Of a DNA stretch of 64,000 nt, positions 1-12,561 are shown in pieces. Within the stretch, counting starts at the first letter, position 1; the number at the start of each line of letters is the position of its first letter. The stretch spans positions 534,474,465 through 534,538,464 of the forward strand of contig NC_133618.1 of NCBI RefSeq assembly GCF_048593235.1. Reading direction: 5' to 3'. The notes under the pieces are model-generated. The model was not told where the DNA came from. It did no database searches and saw only the letters and a list, made by a program, of their open reading frames with translations. The stretch is from Sminthopsis crassicaudata (Eukaryota). Position numbers and translations under genes: made by a program.

Positions 1-54
1 GCCACAAATCTGAGTTTGAATTAATTAAATGACTCCAACAGGGATGCTAAACAG

Positions 55-86
<32 letters not shown>
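55..86. repeat. poly(A)32 tract
   Basis: Uninterrupted A run in the sequence. Confidence 0.95.
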
Positions 87-89
<3 letters not shown>

Positions 90-299
90 ATTCTGAATGA
101 GGGCAAGGAGGCACCAGGAGCAGAAAAAGTATGAAATACCTCATATAAATGGTGTTCCTTAAAGAGAGATAGGAATTCTAGGAGTCAGTAGTAAAAAAGG
201 AAGGCGTTCATTACAAGGATCTTTAAGCATTGAGATGAGACATATAAAATATCATGGTTAAAGAATAGTAAGTAGGTTGAATTGGTTACAGGATAGAAA

Positions 300-520
300 G
301 CACGGAGTTAAGAGTAACATGTAATAAGCCTGGAAGGATAGGCTGGAGCCTAATAATTAGGAGCTTTTAATGCCAACAGAGGAGTTAGCATTTTATCATA
401 GAAGCCTTTGCTAACTGCCATGTTTGTGTGAATTTGGGCAAATCACTTAACCTCTGGAGCCACTAGAACTTTTGAGCAAGGAACTCAAACAGCCAGATCT
501 ATTTGGAAAGGGGAGAGATT
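300..520 (-). mobile_element. Old L2 LINE fragment
   Basis: Degenerate L2-like purine-rich motifs (GGAAGGATAGGCTGGAGCC, GGAGCCACTAGAACTTTTTGAGCA). Confidence 0.45.
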
Positions 521-1336
521 TGAAGCACCTATACTAATCCTATTCATCCTCCAAGACCTAGCTCAAATCCCTCTTCTCTCTCCATCCAAATTCATTTTCT
601 GTTTTACTTATTTTAATTAAGGGTTGCCTTATGACATTTTCTGTACTTATTAAACTTTGCATGAATTTATGTCATAAATCCCCAAATAGATTATAAACTC
701 TATGATAGTAAGGAGTCTGGGACAAGGAATGAATCTATGATTTCATTGGGATAGGGAACATTCAGATATAGAAAACTCCCTCTACATTAATTTAAGTTAC
801 CATTTTCTCTGCAATGTATAGAATTGCTTACATAGTCAGAGACAAGAGTTTTGTTCCTTATACTTACTACAGTTTCTCTCCTTGGGTCTTGAATATAATG
901 AGCATTCAAAAAGACTGATTTATTTCATATTCAATTTCATATTTGATTTTTCTTATTTTTCTCCCCTAAAATCATTACTTCTTTGTGTCTAATTGAATTC
1001 TAATTGGTAGATTTTTTTTTTTAAATTAAAGTAATATCATCCCAGCCCAATCCATAGATTCTAATGCCAAGTTCTTGAAAAAAATGTAACACTACATATA
1101 TAAAAATTTCTCTTGGTCACTTTTCCTGAGAATTAGCATGTTATTTAGTATGTGATATTAAGTTATCTTTTTTTTTTTTTTTATGTAGGCCAATAAGATC
1201 CCTATTTTTAAAAAAAACCAAAATACTACATGGTGATTTACTTTTCCTGTTCTCTGTCAGCTCAATTTGTCAGGAGTCAGTTTTATTTTTTTGTGATATT
1301 TATTTGGTCCCTCTCTCTTTTGTATTTTTCTCATCT

Positions 1337-1355
1337 CCCCCCCCCCCCCCCCCCC
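1337..1355. repeat. poly(C)19 (poly-G on minus strand)
   Basis: 19 consecutive C. Confidence 0.9.
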
Positions 1356-1449
1356 GCCCATGCTGTATAAGTCTATTCTTTGGCCACAAGGTCCTCTAGG
1401 TGATGGACAGAGACAAGGAGAGGTAGGATCATCTTAATTGAGCCACTTT

Positions 1450-1545
1450 GGTAGCCATTCAAGAAAGAAGGAAGAAGAAAGGAAGTGAGAGAGGGAAGGA
1501 GGGAAGGGAGAGAGGGAGAGAGGAAGAGAGGAAAGGAAGGAAAGT
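1450..1545. repeat. GGAA/GAGG purine-rich low-complexity tract
   Basis: Near-pure A/G run. Confidence 0.85.
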
Positions 1546-1667
1546 AGGCTTTTTCCAAATAAAATAAATTTGGGGATTATCTATGGATTTTAAAAAATCC
1601 ATGCAGTCCTTCTATTCAATTAGCTAGTCTTCACTGAGAGTTTCTCTTAAGAAAATAATAAATAAAA

Positions 1668-1980
1668 AGAATTCAGAGACTTGTATAAATTAATGCATAG
1701 TGAAGCAAAAAGAACTGAGGAGTAATGTATATGATGTCATTACGATGAAAAACAATAGTGAAAGGCTTTGGAACTATGATCAATGCAGTTGTGAATGAGA
1801 CAACAGACAAATGCACAATAGGTGCAGAATAGCATGACCAGTATGTTTATTTGTTTTTGAGTATGTTATTCATTATAAGGAAAAGTTCAGTGTTGGGATA
1901 TTTGAGTAGGAGTTATTAGAAAATGACAGTGACATTTAAAAAGAAAAGAATATCAACAAAACATTTCAAAAGAAAAAAAA
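1668..1980 (+). mobile_element. Old L1 3' end (ORF2 tail / 3' UTR)
   Basis: GACTTGTATAAATTAATGCATAGTGAAGCAAAAAGAAC matches the L1 'DLHELMxSE' region; ends A-rich. Confidence 0.65.
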
Positions 1981-2009
1981 GAGAGAAGACAATGAGATCT
2001 AATGATAAT

Positions 2010-2171
2010 AATAACTAGTATTTAAGTAGTACTTTCCCCATAACAATACAATGAGAATGGTTCTGTATTAATATCATCCCTATTAAATGAATGAAGAAAC
2101 TGAGGCTTATAATGATTAAATAATTTGTCAATGTTCACACTATCAATGAATTTCAAAGCCAAGATTTGAAC
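2010..2171 (-). mobile_element. MIR CORE-SINE
   Basis: CORE motifs ATGAAGAAACTGAGGC and AAGATTTGAAC; cut by the N gap. Confidence 0.6.
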
Positions 2172-2395
2172 NNNNNNNNNNNNNNNNNNNNNNNNNNNNN
2201 NNNNNNNNNNNNNNNNNNNNNNNNNNNNNNNNNNNNNNNNNNNNNNNNNNNNNNNNNNNNNNNNNNNNNNNNNNNNNNNNNNNNNNNNNNNNNNNNNNNN
2301 NNNNNNNNNNNNNNNNNNNNNNNNNNNNNNNNNNNNNNNNNNNNNNNNNNNNNNNNNNNNNNNNNNNNNNNNNNNNNNNNNNNNNNNNNNNNNNN
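2172..2395. other. Assembly gap (224 N)
   Basis: N run. Confidence 1.
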
Positions 2396-3020
2396 TCTCT
2401 CCCATTCTCTCTCTCCCTTTCTCTGTTTCTGTTCTCTTTCTCTCTGTGTCTCTCTGTCTCTCTCTTTTTCTCTTTCAGTTTTTCTTTTTTATCTCTCATA
2501 TTATCATTCTTTCATTCTCTTCTTTTTTATGTTTGTCTCATTCTCCTTTTCTCGTTCTCTTCATATCTCTGATTTCTTCCTCACCTCTTCCTTCTCTCTC
2601 TCTTTCTTTATCTCTCTGTCTCTGTGTTTCTGTTCTTTCTCTGTTTTTTATCTCTCTGTGTTTCTGTTCTTTCTCTTTTTATCTCTTTCTCTCTCTCCTT
2701 TCTCTTTCTTTCTCTGTTTTACTCTTTTTATCTCTCACATTATCTTTCTCTCATTCTCTCTTTTTGATCTTTGTCTCATTATCCTTTTCTCATTCTCTCA
2801 TATCTCTGATTCTTTCTTTCCTCTTCCTTCTCTCTCTGTTTCTTTTTTTATCTCTGTCTCTGTGTTTCTGTTCTTTCTCTTTTTATCTCTTTCTCTCTGT
2901 TTCTCTCTGTTTTCTCTTTCTCACATCACCTTTCTCTCATTTTCTGATCTTTTTTTCCTTTCATTCTCTCTGTCTTTATCTCCTTCTCCCTCTGCCCCTC
3001 CACATCACCCTCTCCCCTCC
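2396..3020. repeat. Long CT-rich pyrimidine tract with internal duplications
   Basis: Almost pure T/C; the block TCTCTGTGTTTCTGTTCTTTCTC recurs at about 2620, 2655 and 2860. Confidence 0.9.
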
Positions 3021-3109
3021 CCACCCCGTGTGCATGCATGTCTGAGAGAGAAGGTCATTACCATGAGTCTTTTAGTAACTCTGTTACTGGGATTATTTAA
3101 CATTTATTA

Positions 3110-3260
3110 AGTGTCCACCATGCGTGAGGCCCTGCACGTCCCGCCATGTTCATTTCTGACTGGCATGTTATTAAAACAGAGACGTGACTGGGGCTGTAAA
3201 TCGCTCGGGATGACACGTCAGAATCCGGGTTGGAGGCACGAGCATCCCCTCGGCTCCTTG
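3110..3260. promoter_or_regulatory. CpG cluster, candidate enhancer
   Basis: 10 CpGs in 3123-3252 in a CpG-depleted background; bZIP-like TGACACGTCA at 3211-3220. Confidence 0.4.
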
Positions 3261-5139
3261 TACCAAGGAAGCTCCCCCCTTCCCCTCACAGCAGTGCTGA
3301 GGACAGAGGTTGCTATGTGGGTGGCAGGCCAGGAGGGCTGGGGGGCAGGGAGGGGAGCCAAGAGGGCCATTGGAGAGGGAGCATCTTCCTTGCCATGATT
3401 CAATTAAATGTTTTTAGAAAACGACACCGTGATCTGTTTCATACCAGTAAATATGTGATTTACATTTAATTCTGGGTAACCTTTCTGTGATCAGTGAGGT
3501 GTGAAGGAATCTAATAGCACAAAGCTACGGTTATGAGGAGGCCATTCATATTCATTAGGGCCCACACATTAACAATCCGCAGGGTGACAGCTTCCTAACA
3601 CATGCTTTATGACTACAGTTTATGGGAGGCCAACAAACAATGCAGACAGTGCCTGTGGGAGGGGGAAGGAAGCAGGTGTGTGCTGGGGAGAGCTGGGGAG
3701 AATGGGGAAAAATCCCCAGAGCAACAGGCAACGCTGGCCAGGCTGCAGAAAGCCCCACATTGCAGGGGGAGGGGGGGGATTGTTGATTGGAGGTGCTGGA
3801 GGTTGCTGGGTTGAAGAGACTATTGATTTAGGAAGGTTGCAAACTACAAAGTGTGTGGGGGGGTGTGGGGGTGTTAATCTCATCTGTATGTACTCTGCAT
3901 GTATTTTTGAAAAGCAAAGTTTTGTTGTGTGTTTTTTCCCAAGCCTAAATAGTACAGTGGGAAAAGTACCAACTTTGAAGTTCGGGGGCCAAAGTTCAAA
4001 TCCTATCTCTTGACATTTTACAATCTATGTGATCCCAAATAATTTCTCTTTGTACAAGAGGATGGGAGGCAGCATGGTGATGGTGCAATGGAAAAAATTC
4101 TTGATTTGGAGCTCACCCCAGTTGTTATCTGTGGCTTTCAGTTTCCCCACGGGGCATGGGTTGGGCTAGATGTTCTCTTCCACCATCCTAAATTCTTATA
4201 ATCTTAAGATTAGGAGATTTCTAAGGAAACTTGTAGCCTTAAATGTATTATCCTTTGAATTTCACAACTCTATGTTATTAATGGCTGAGATATACAGGGG
4301 AGGAACAACAAATGGGCATTTTTGTGTCAAAGTAGGTAAACTGAGAAAGCAGATGAGTAGTTATTGTGCCTTGTCTCCTGTAGTATGCTGGTAAATGTTC
4401 AACAATCAGCTCTCCAGGAAACACACTTTCAAGTTTTATCTGAATTATTAACGTTTCCTCTATCACTTTCTTGGCATTTTCTCAGTTTCTTTCTTAGAAT
4501 AATCAATAAAACAGTAATTTACAGCATTTTCCAGTTTCCAAAGTATAAATGTTCACACTGAAAATTTAACAATGTGCCCTTCCAGCACACCCTTGATTGT
4601 CATTTATTATTTGTTCAGAGCTCAGCCAAACTCTGTGCCACTTCTGGTCCAGTGCTGGGACTGGGCATAGGCAAGGTGGGCGGTCACCATAGTGTGACTA
4701 ACAGCAGGCTATAATGAGGAATGTATTCTAATTTGTTTTTATAAATGACATTTTCAATGCCAGAAAATTCTATTATCCAGGGAAGACGGGTATCTATTTT
4801 GTAATGAGTTGAGTCACCTTATCAGTGAAAATCCAAAGACTGGGTAGTTGGAGGGGCTAGTGACACAGAGAATACTATTTTCAAAACTTGCCTATGTATA
4901 TCAATGTCTTCTGAATCTGCTCTGTCCTGGATGGGGTTTTATAACTGAGAGAGAAATGTTCTATAAAGTCACTGTGCAGGCCCAAAAGTGGGTATGAGCT
5001 GTGGGAGTAGAGCAGCCCCCCGGAACTATAGCTATAGCCTTACTTGTCTCACTTTATAAGTTTGTGGGGATTTTACTCTGGCTTTGTCCCCAGGAGGGAA
5101 TTTTCAATGACTCCTGATTACTTCAAAATAAAAGTAAAA

Positions 5140-5340
5140 AATCAGTCTATGAACGAGTATTTACTGGGCACCTACTCTGTGCCAGGTACTGACTGAGAGA
5201 CACAGAGAAAATCAAAACAAGCCCTTCCCTCTGTGTTAGGCCCTGGGGATACAAAGACAAAAGATTTGACAAATCAAAAGCTCAATCAGAGAGGGAGCCA
5301 GAATGCTCATCAAAAATAGTGGATAAAATAACTTTGTCAG
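5140..5340 (-). mobile_element. L2 3' end
   Basis: ATTTACTGGGCACCTACTCTGTGCCAGG is the antisense L2 terminal motif. Confidence 0.65.
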
Positions 5341-5569
5341 GTGAGGAGCTAGTAGCTAGTTATGTATCACCCATTATTGTAACTAACACATGAAGCTGCA
5401 CATTGTAACTTTGAAGCTTTATACCCATTCTCCATTCTAGGCAGACCAGTCTCCTCCTGGTTTCCCAAATGAAGAGGGTTTTTTCTCACTCCTGAAGATT
5501 CATGCTCTCCCCCATTTCTTGATGGCAAGAAGTCATTTAAAATCATCCAGAATAAGATTCTCATCTAGC

Positions 5570-6010
5570 TTTCTTCTCTGATTCCATTCTACTCTCCCTT
5601 CACAGACTCTTTTCTATCCATCTGGTCTACTGGTTTTATTATCCAATACTCCATCTCCGTTTCTTTGTGCTTTCGCTCAGGGTTTGGTATGGCTCCATAC
5701 CTGGAACACATTCCATCCTATCTTCTGTTGTTTGGAACTTCAAGCTTCCTCCAAGGCACTACTCAACTGATTGACACCAGTGATTGTTTTTCTTCCTAAT
5801 AATCAGCTTGTATGTGTTTTGCCTGTACTTAGCTCTGTACATGTGGGATCTTACCAGAAGAGCACAGGCACTTTGAAAGTGGAGACTATTTTGGCTTTTT
5901 TGTTTGATTGTTTTTTTGATTAATCAATTTTTTTATTTTTGTGTCCCCAGGGCCTAGCGCAGAATCCTGCATACATTGGAGCTTATTAAATAAATATTGA
6001 ATTTGCTTGG
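5570..6010 (+). mobile_element. L2 3' end
   Basis: Pyrimidine-rich L2 tail ending CCCCAGGGCCTAGCGCAGAATCCTGCATACA...TAAATATTG. Confidence 0.65.
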
Positions 6011-7627
6011 GCAGATTTTCTCCTTCACTTATTCAACTGCTTCTTCAAAGTCCTATTTTGTCCAAGTTATCTGAGACCATTACTAAAAAATAAAAAATAA
6101 ATTTAAAAAAAAAAAAAAAGAATCTTATTGGGGAACTTAGAATAAGCAAAGCTTTAATAGTAACAGAGAGACTTCTACAGGGACATATTTTATTATAGTA
6201 ACACAACTCTTGTATTCCTAATGCCTGCCACATTGCCTGGCACATAGTAAGTGCTTTTAAATGAAATAATACATATAAAGTGCCCAGCACTTTTAGGCAC
6301 TAGATCAAGGCTTCCATTTCTTCCCTCTTCCCCAATAAATATTTGTTGATTAATTGATTAATGTATTGACTGTCAGGATTGTGAGCTAAAATCTATTGGC
6401 CTATCAAACCTATGGGTTTTGGAGGGATGGGGGGATAATCAGGCAGGAAGACTTCCTAGAGGAATAACCCTGTGGACTACCATATCTAGTATGGGGAGTA
6501 ATGAAGCCCCCACCACCAATATTATGTCATATACTTAGAATGGCAGGAGCTCTGCAGCAATGTCTACTATTGGTACTGCCCAGTAACACTGACAGGTTGA
6601 CTGGCAGCGGTTGAGAGAGTCTGGAGGTATTAGGCACAGACCTCATAAAACAAGTGATATATTATGATGGCATGGTGCCCAAGGCAGGGCCACTAAAACT
6701 CAACTGCATATAGTGTTTTGATTTGTTGGTCTCTCCTGATATAAGTACACTGGTGGCCACCGAGTTTCCTAAAAAAAGGGTATGTGTGTCTGTGTAGATG
6801 TGTGTGTGTGTTGCATATATGTGTGTGGGGGGTGTATTGTGTAACTATATGTATGTGTATATACTTTTAACACTCATCTGCTCCTCATGGGATAGTCCAC
6901 ATTTCACCCCAGATAGGTAAACCCAGTGTCTACATCCTACATTAATTATTATGTGGTGTGCTCAGTGAGATCTAGGTGAGAATGAGCACCTACAGAACTG
7001 TTAGGTGCCAATATTAATTGCACAGGTGACTGAATTGAAGGTAGGGGCAGGGTACAGCATGTTCCTCATCCTAATAGGTATCCTTTAATTGATTGCTGAG
7101 GCCTGAAATGAATAACATGGAAAAGCCAAACCAATTTTTTTTAAATTATCTAATTTACTTCTTGTTAAATTTAAAGATCTGACCTATAAGAGGTACCTCA
7201 GGCTATATGATCTCAGTAGACTATTATGGGACACTAGGTCCCTTCCAAGTGAAGGCACTAATCCTAAAAAGCCTCTTCAATCACCTGAAGTTCTTTCCCA
7301 CCCTCACCCTTAAGTTGTATAATTGTTTTCAGCAGCCGATAGCTGAGGAAAATATGCTTAGAATCACTGTACTGTAAGGGAAGCAATGAATTTGGAGAAA
7401 GTAGCCCTTATTTGGTATATCAAGATCAACTCTTTTCTCAAAGGTAGTTCTTGAGGGTCTGGATATCAGCACAGGAGCAGTTGTGAAAATTTCCTTCAGT
7501 TCCTAAAAAACAGTACTGGAAGGAGAATTCCATTGAAAGGCACATTCTTTTGTGCCTGAACCAATCTGTCCCTGAGAAAGGTAAATGCAAAAAACACATT
7601 TATTTAGTGGTGGTTGTAACCAATAAA

Positions 7628-7855
7628 GGCAGCTAGGTGGCTCAGTAGGTAGAGTTCTGGGCCTGGAGCTAGAAAGACCTGAGTTCAAATTTGGCCTCAG
7701 ACACTAACTAGTGGTGTGAATTTGTAAGTCACTTAAACTCTGGTTGACTTAATCCATTGGAGAAAGAAATGTCAACTCATTTCAGTATTTCAGAAAATCC
7801 CATGAACTATATGATCCATGGGGTCACAAAGGGTTAGATATAACTAAACAACAAG
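7628..7855 (+). mobile_element. Mar1-type CORE-SINE (RTE-like tail)
   Basis: tRNA-like head GGCAGCTAGGTGG...GAGTTCAAAT; tail GGAGAAAGAAATG...GGGGTCACA...AACAAC. Confidence 0.8.
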
Positions 7856-8415
7856 TAACCAATCAATTCCAGAAATTTTTGAGTAATATCCCCTCTGGAC
7901 TACTCCCAAGTTTGTACTACCTAACTTTAGAAGATTGGATCCTAAGAAGACAGCTGGTACTTTCAGGTTTCTAAGGTTCATTCTCTGAGGCTGAATTTCT
8001 AACACTAACTCATAAGCCCCCACCAGTGTGTTTTCCTTTCAGCTATCACCATAGATTCAACTTTTAGCAAAGGCCTTTATTAAAATGATATATATGAACA
8101 ATCTGTACAAAACTCTTCCTCTCATAAATTTGCAACATAATGTAAATATTATGAGAAAAAGCATATGCATGCAAATGTATCAAAACTTAAATCCCAGGTT
8201 GTAAAGGAAGAGAGGAGGATAAGTGGGGGGAAGGAGGGGGAAATGTTTTCTAAAGAGGAAAAAAAAAAACTCAAAGTAAAAAGCCATCCCAATGACAAAA
8301 AAATGGAAATTGAATCAACATCATCTGAGGAAGGTAAAAGCATTACAATACTATAAGACTCTAAAAAAGAACAGTAGAACAACTCTAAAAACCTCCAGAA
8401 TGGTTAGAAAAAACA

Positions 8416-9065
8416 NNNNNNNNNNNNNNNNNNNNNNNNNNNNNNNNNNNNNNNNNNNNNNNNNNNNNNNNNNNNNNNNNNNNNNNNNNNNNNNNNNNNN
8501 NNNNNNNNNNNNNNNNNNNNNNNNNNNNNNNNNNNNNNNNNNNNNNNNNNNNNNNNNNNNNNNNNNNNNNNNNNNNNNNNNNNNNNNNNNNNNNNNNNNN
8601 NNNNNNNNNNNNNNNNNNNNNNNNNNNNNNNNNNNNNNNNNNNNNNNNNNNNNNNNNNNNNNNNNNNNNNNNNNNNNNNNNNNNNNNNNNNNNNNNNNNN
8701 NNNNNNNNNNNNNNNNNNNNNNNNNNNNNNNNNNNNNNNNNNNNNNNNNNNNNNNNNNNNNNNNNNNNNNNNNNNNNNNNNNNNNNNNNNNNNNNNNNNN
8801 NNNNNNNNNNNNNNNNNNNNNNNNNNNNNNNNNNNNNNNNNNNNNNNNNNNNNNNNNNNNNNNNNNNNNNNNNNNNNNNNNNNNNNNNNNNNNNNNNNNN
8901 NNNNNNNNNNNNNNNNNNNNNNNNNNNNNNNNNNNNNNNNNNNNNNNNNNNNNNNNNNNNNNNNNNNNNNNNNNNNNNNNNNNNNNNNNNNNNNNNNNNN
9001 NNNNNNNNNNNNNNNNNNNNNNNNNNNNNNNNNNNNNNNNNNNNNNNNNNNNNNNNNNNNNNNNT
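8416..9065. other. Assembly gap (650 N)
   Basis: N run. Confidence 1.
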
Positions 9066-9405
9066 TCTTCTTCCCTTAATATGGACGCACCCTGGCCCTC
9101 TGTATTATTATTCCCAAGATTGCTCATCTGGCTTATAATAAGCCAAAAATTTCATTGGATTTGAGTCATCTACCTCCTTACACCTTCTCTAATGGAGTCC
9201 CTGCATTTTTTGTAAAAGGAAAAAAAAAGGGAATATAATACCCTGAAGAAGAAGCTATATACATTAAGGGGAACCAACCCAAACTGACTTTCGCTGACTT
9301 TTTAGGACATCATAAAGGGAGTGCACCTTTGTTTTGGTCCACTAAGAAACATTTGTTCAGTGACCCATGATAGCAGAGGAACATGAGGATTCTTCTGTGC
9401 TGATT
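9066..9405 (+). mobile_element. Possible ERV remnant: coding-like tail, polypurine tract, LTR start
   Basis: About 50 open codons (GRTLALCIIIPKIAHL...PAFFVK), then a 20-nt purine run at 9214-9233, then TATAATACCCTG (possibly a decayed TGTAA LTR start). Confidence 0.3.
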
Positions 9406-9539
9406 CATGGGGTACTTAGCACAGTGTCTGGCATGTAGTTGGTACTTAATGAATGCTTATTTCCTTCTATCTGTCCCTTAGCCTTGGCTCCCTACATAAC
9501 CTTCTTTGTCCTTCTCATTAACTGCATGCTAGACATTCT

Positions 9540-9760
9540 TTCGTGCAGCTGATGGTATAATGAATAAAGTACTGGGTCTGCAGTCAAGATTTGAGTTCAC
9601 TCAGACACTTACTAGCTGCATGACCCCAGTAAGCCATTTAACCTATTTCCCCCCTTTAAAAAATTATAAAGTGGGGATAATAGTTTCTCCCTCCAGTGGT
9701 TGTGGTGAGGATCAAATGAGATAATATTTTATTTAGAAAGTGCTTGTTCCATGCCTGCCC
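9540..9760 (+). mobile_element. MIR
   Basis: Head plus CORE plus AGGATCAAATGAGATAATATTT...AAAGTGCTT tail. Confidence 0.75.
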
Positions 9761-10439
9761 CACCCCCAATCATCCATTTGGATCAATCCAAATCTTATTT
9801 TGCTTTCTGCCAGTTCCTACGGTACCTTACCACCCTTCCCTGCCACTAGGCCCTAAGTATTCTAGGAGAATAAAAGGAAGCTCTACTGGGTCCGAATACT
9901 AGCAAAGTATTGCAATGTCTTTACGAGAGCATACAAATGCCCAAGAGAAAGTAGAGGCAGGAAGAAAGGGTGCAAGATGGAACCCCATCAGTTAGTGTCT
10001 CTGGTCTAGGAAGGAAGGTGGCTGATCTGTCCATCTCGGTAGCACAGATTTCCCTAAGGCCCAGAAGGCTGTGCTCACTCTATCTCCGATAGCTGAGCTT
10101 GTCCCTTAGTCAGAGCTGACAACCCCCTACCTGGGTGATAGGATTCCAAAGTTAATAAGGAACATACCTCCTCCCCTGCTCATTGAGGCCTGAAAAGCCT
10201 TTTCCAGGGCACCTGCTGAACAATGGAGGATGGAAATACCAATACCCCCGAAAGGGCACAAAGCGATATCTGTTCCTACCAGGTCTTGGGCGAGAAGAGG
10301 GAAGATGGGAGAAGTGGGCGGTGACCCCCAAGCCCCGGAGGGTGGGAGCACCACAAAGTGGGGGAGGAGAGCCAGTTAGAAGGCCTGATTATTTCCATGT
10401 TTCCAGTGAGTTGGCAGGGGCCTAAGGCCCTGAGACAGG

Positions 10440-10700
10440 GGCTGACTTCCTCAGATGGGAGCCTCCTGATAATGACTGAGTAATTAGGGCTAATAATAGC
10501 AAGACAGACCGGTTTTTAATCTGTGCCTGACATCTGCTATGAAAAAAGTCCCGGTGGTGGATGGGGTGCGGCGGCATGTCTGTCGGCTGGGTGCCCGGAT
10601 GGGGTGTCATTAAAATGTGCCCTGCCATCCTGTCCCATTCCCCACACCACCAGTGAGACACCACTGTCACTCACTCTAACGGGGCTCCTCTGCCCCCTCC
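10440..10700. promoter_or_regulatory. Candidate developmental enhancer
   Basis: TAATGA at 10470, TAATTA at 10481, TCATTA at 10607, TGACA/TGTCA sites; 6 CpGs in 10510-10597; not recognisably repeat-derived. Confidence 0.4.
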
Positions 10701-11499
10701 CTCCCCAGTCCCTCTGGGCCATCCCCCACCTTTTCTTCTCTCTTTTCCCTTTGATCAGAACATGATCTCCAGGGAGCCGTGAGCTCCCTGCAAATGCCTT
10801 CCCAGGGATGAGGGCAAATGGGGTGGAACAAATGTCCATTTGCAATTTAGGTAGGGGGAGCACGTGGTCAGAATGCAATGAGCAGCCCTTCCTTTCCTTC
10901 TTTCTTTAGTCGCTGAGCAGTTGATAGCTCTCACCTACTAAAACAAACCCATTAGCACCTCAGGCTGCCATTCCCCACCCCTACTCCCCCCCCAGCACCT
11001 CCATCATTGCTCCCACCAAAGAGCGGAAGGAAGCCGGCACCCAAGCCTCCTTCGGGTTTATTTAAGGATTTTCACTCTTACAACATATGCAACTAGGGAG
11101 AGTTGTGTTTATGTATATGTATTGGGGTGGGGTGGGAGGGAGGGGGGAGGCTAGGGAGGCTTTGTTTAGGTTCCATGAATGCTTCAAGCCTTTGGAGTCG
11201 GATCAGAGCTTTGTGGAGGTTTCAAAGGGCACTTCTACCAAGACACAAAACCCCGCACCTGCCACAGGTAACATGGGAACGACTGCAGTGGTCACTAAAA
11301 GGTAACATATTTCTACTGGAAAAGTTCCCTGTCTTTAAACCACCCTCTCAGGTGACTCAGGGGTTTCCATCCTTGGAGCTCTAGCCCAAAGCCTGCCTCC
11401 TCTCACTAGCTTTCTTAGACCACCACAGCCCATATTGATCTTTCCCTCTTCTTAATTTCTCAAAGAATTATTGCTCCATTGAGCTATTATACACTCAGT

Positions 11500-11690
11500 A
11501 TAAAATGAGATATTTTAGTTTTTTAAAAGAGCACTAGAATCAAAGAGTACAACTAGCTGTCTTTTTTTTTACAGATAAGAAAAGTGAGGGCCAGAGATGC
11601 AAAATGGTTATCCCAAAGTCACACAGCTCATAAGTGGCAGAGGGCCTCCTTACCAGAGACATACTGAATGCAGAAAGTCCCCTGAAGTCA
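11500..11690 (-). mobile_element. MIR
   Basis: TTTTACAGATAAGAAAAGTGAGGGCCAGAGA...CCCAAAGTCACACAGC. Confidence 0.7.
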
Positions 11691-11834
11691 AGTCCACAAC
11701 TATTTATTTACAATCCATCACGCCACAGGATGACTTAGTTCTTATGTTGAGTATTTAACATTTTGCCCAATAAACCTTATGTTGTCAACAAGACCCCAAG
11801 TCCCATTGAGGACATAGACCATATCTTTTTTAGA

Positions 11835-12045
11835 GGTAGACAGATAGATAAATAGACAGACAGATGGACAGATGGACAGATAGACAGACAGACAGACAGA
11901 CAGACCGACATAGATAGATAGATAGATGAATAGACAGACAGATGAATAGATAGATAGATCAGACAGAGGATGGATGGACAGATAGATCGACAGATGGATA
12001 GGTAGATGACCAATGGATGGATGAATAGATGGATGGATATTGATA
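11835..12045. repeat. Compound (GATA)/(GACA)/(GATG) microsatellite
   Basis: Tetranucleotide arrays. Confidence 0.9.
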
Positions 12046-12561
12046 TACCTCACAGGATAAAATACCCTACACATATTGATAGGCTATTTCTAAAGTATCT
12101 TAAAGTTTCTAAAGCATAACAAATCTGTAAAGCAGGCATTAGAACCATTCATCAGCACCATTTTACAGAAGTACAGATTTGCCCATAGTTACATAGGCAG
12201 TAAATGCCTAATGATTAAAAATAATAATAATAACAGTCAAATATGTATACAAAACTTTAGAGTTTGCCCAATGCTTTACATCTTATTTGATCCAGAGCAA
12301 GATCTCCAATCTGGATCTGCCTTCAGGGCACTGCTCTTTCCACCTGACTACATTGCCTTCAACAGTGAGCACATGCTCAGCATTGCGGATTAGTTGGTTT
12401 ATTTCTCGACATCTATAATTCTGTCCCCATTGGATGGTGTACTTTGGGTGGACCGGGGCTCAGATTTCCTGCATCTCAGAGAGCTCTTAGGCCATGATTC
12501 CCAATACACAGATGATTATTATCACTGCAGCTAAAAAAATTTTCAGCTCTTTTGAAAACTA

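Noticed and set aside
2022-3110. Long ORFs of 118-314 aa around the first gap
   Set aside because: They arise from N runs and a CT-rich tract that lacks stop codons (Ser/Leu/Phe-only peptides).
8292-9164. 290-aa and 258-aa ORFs
   Set aside because: Mostly X residues from the 650-N gap.
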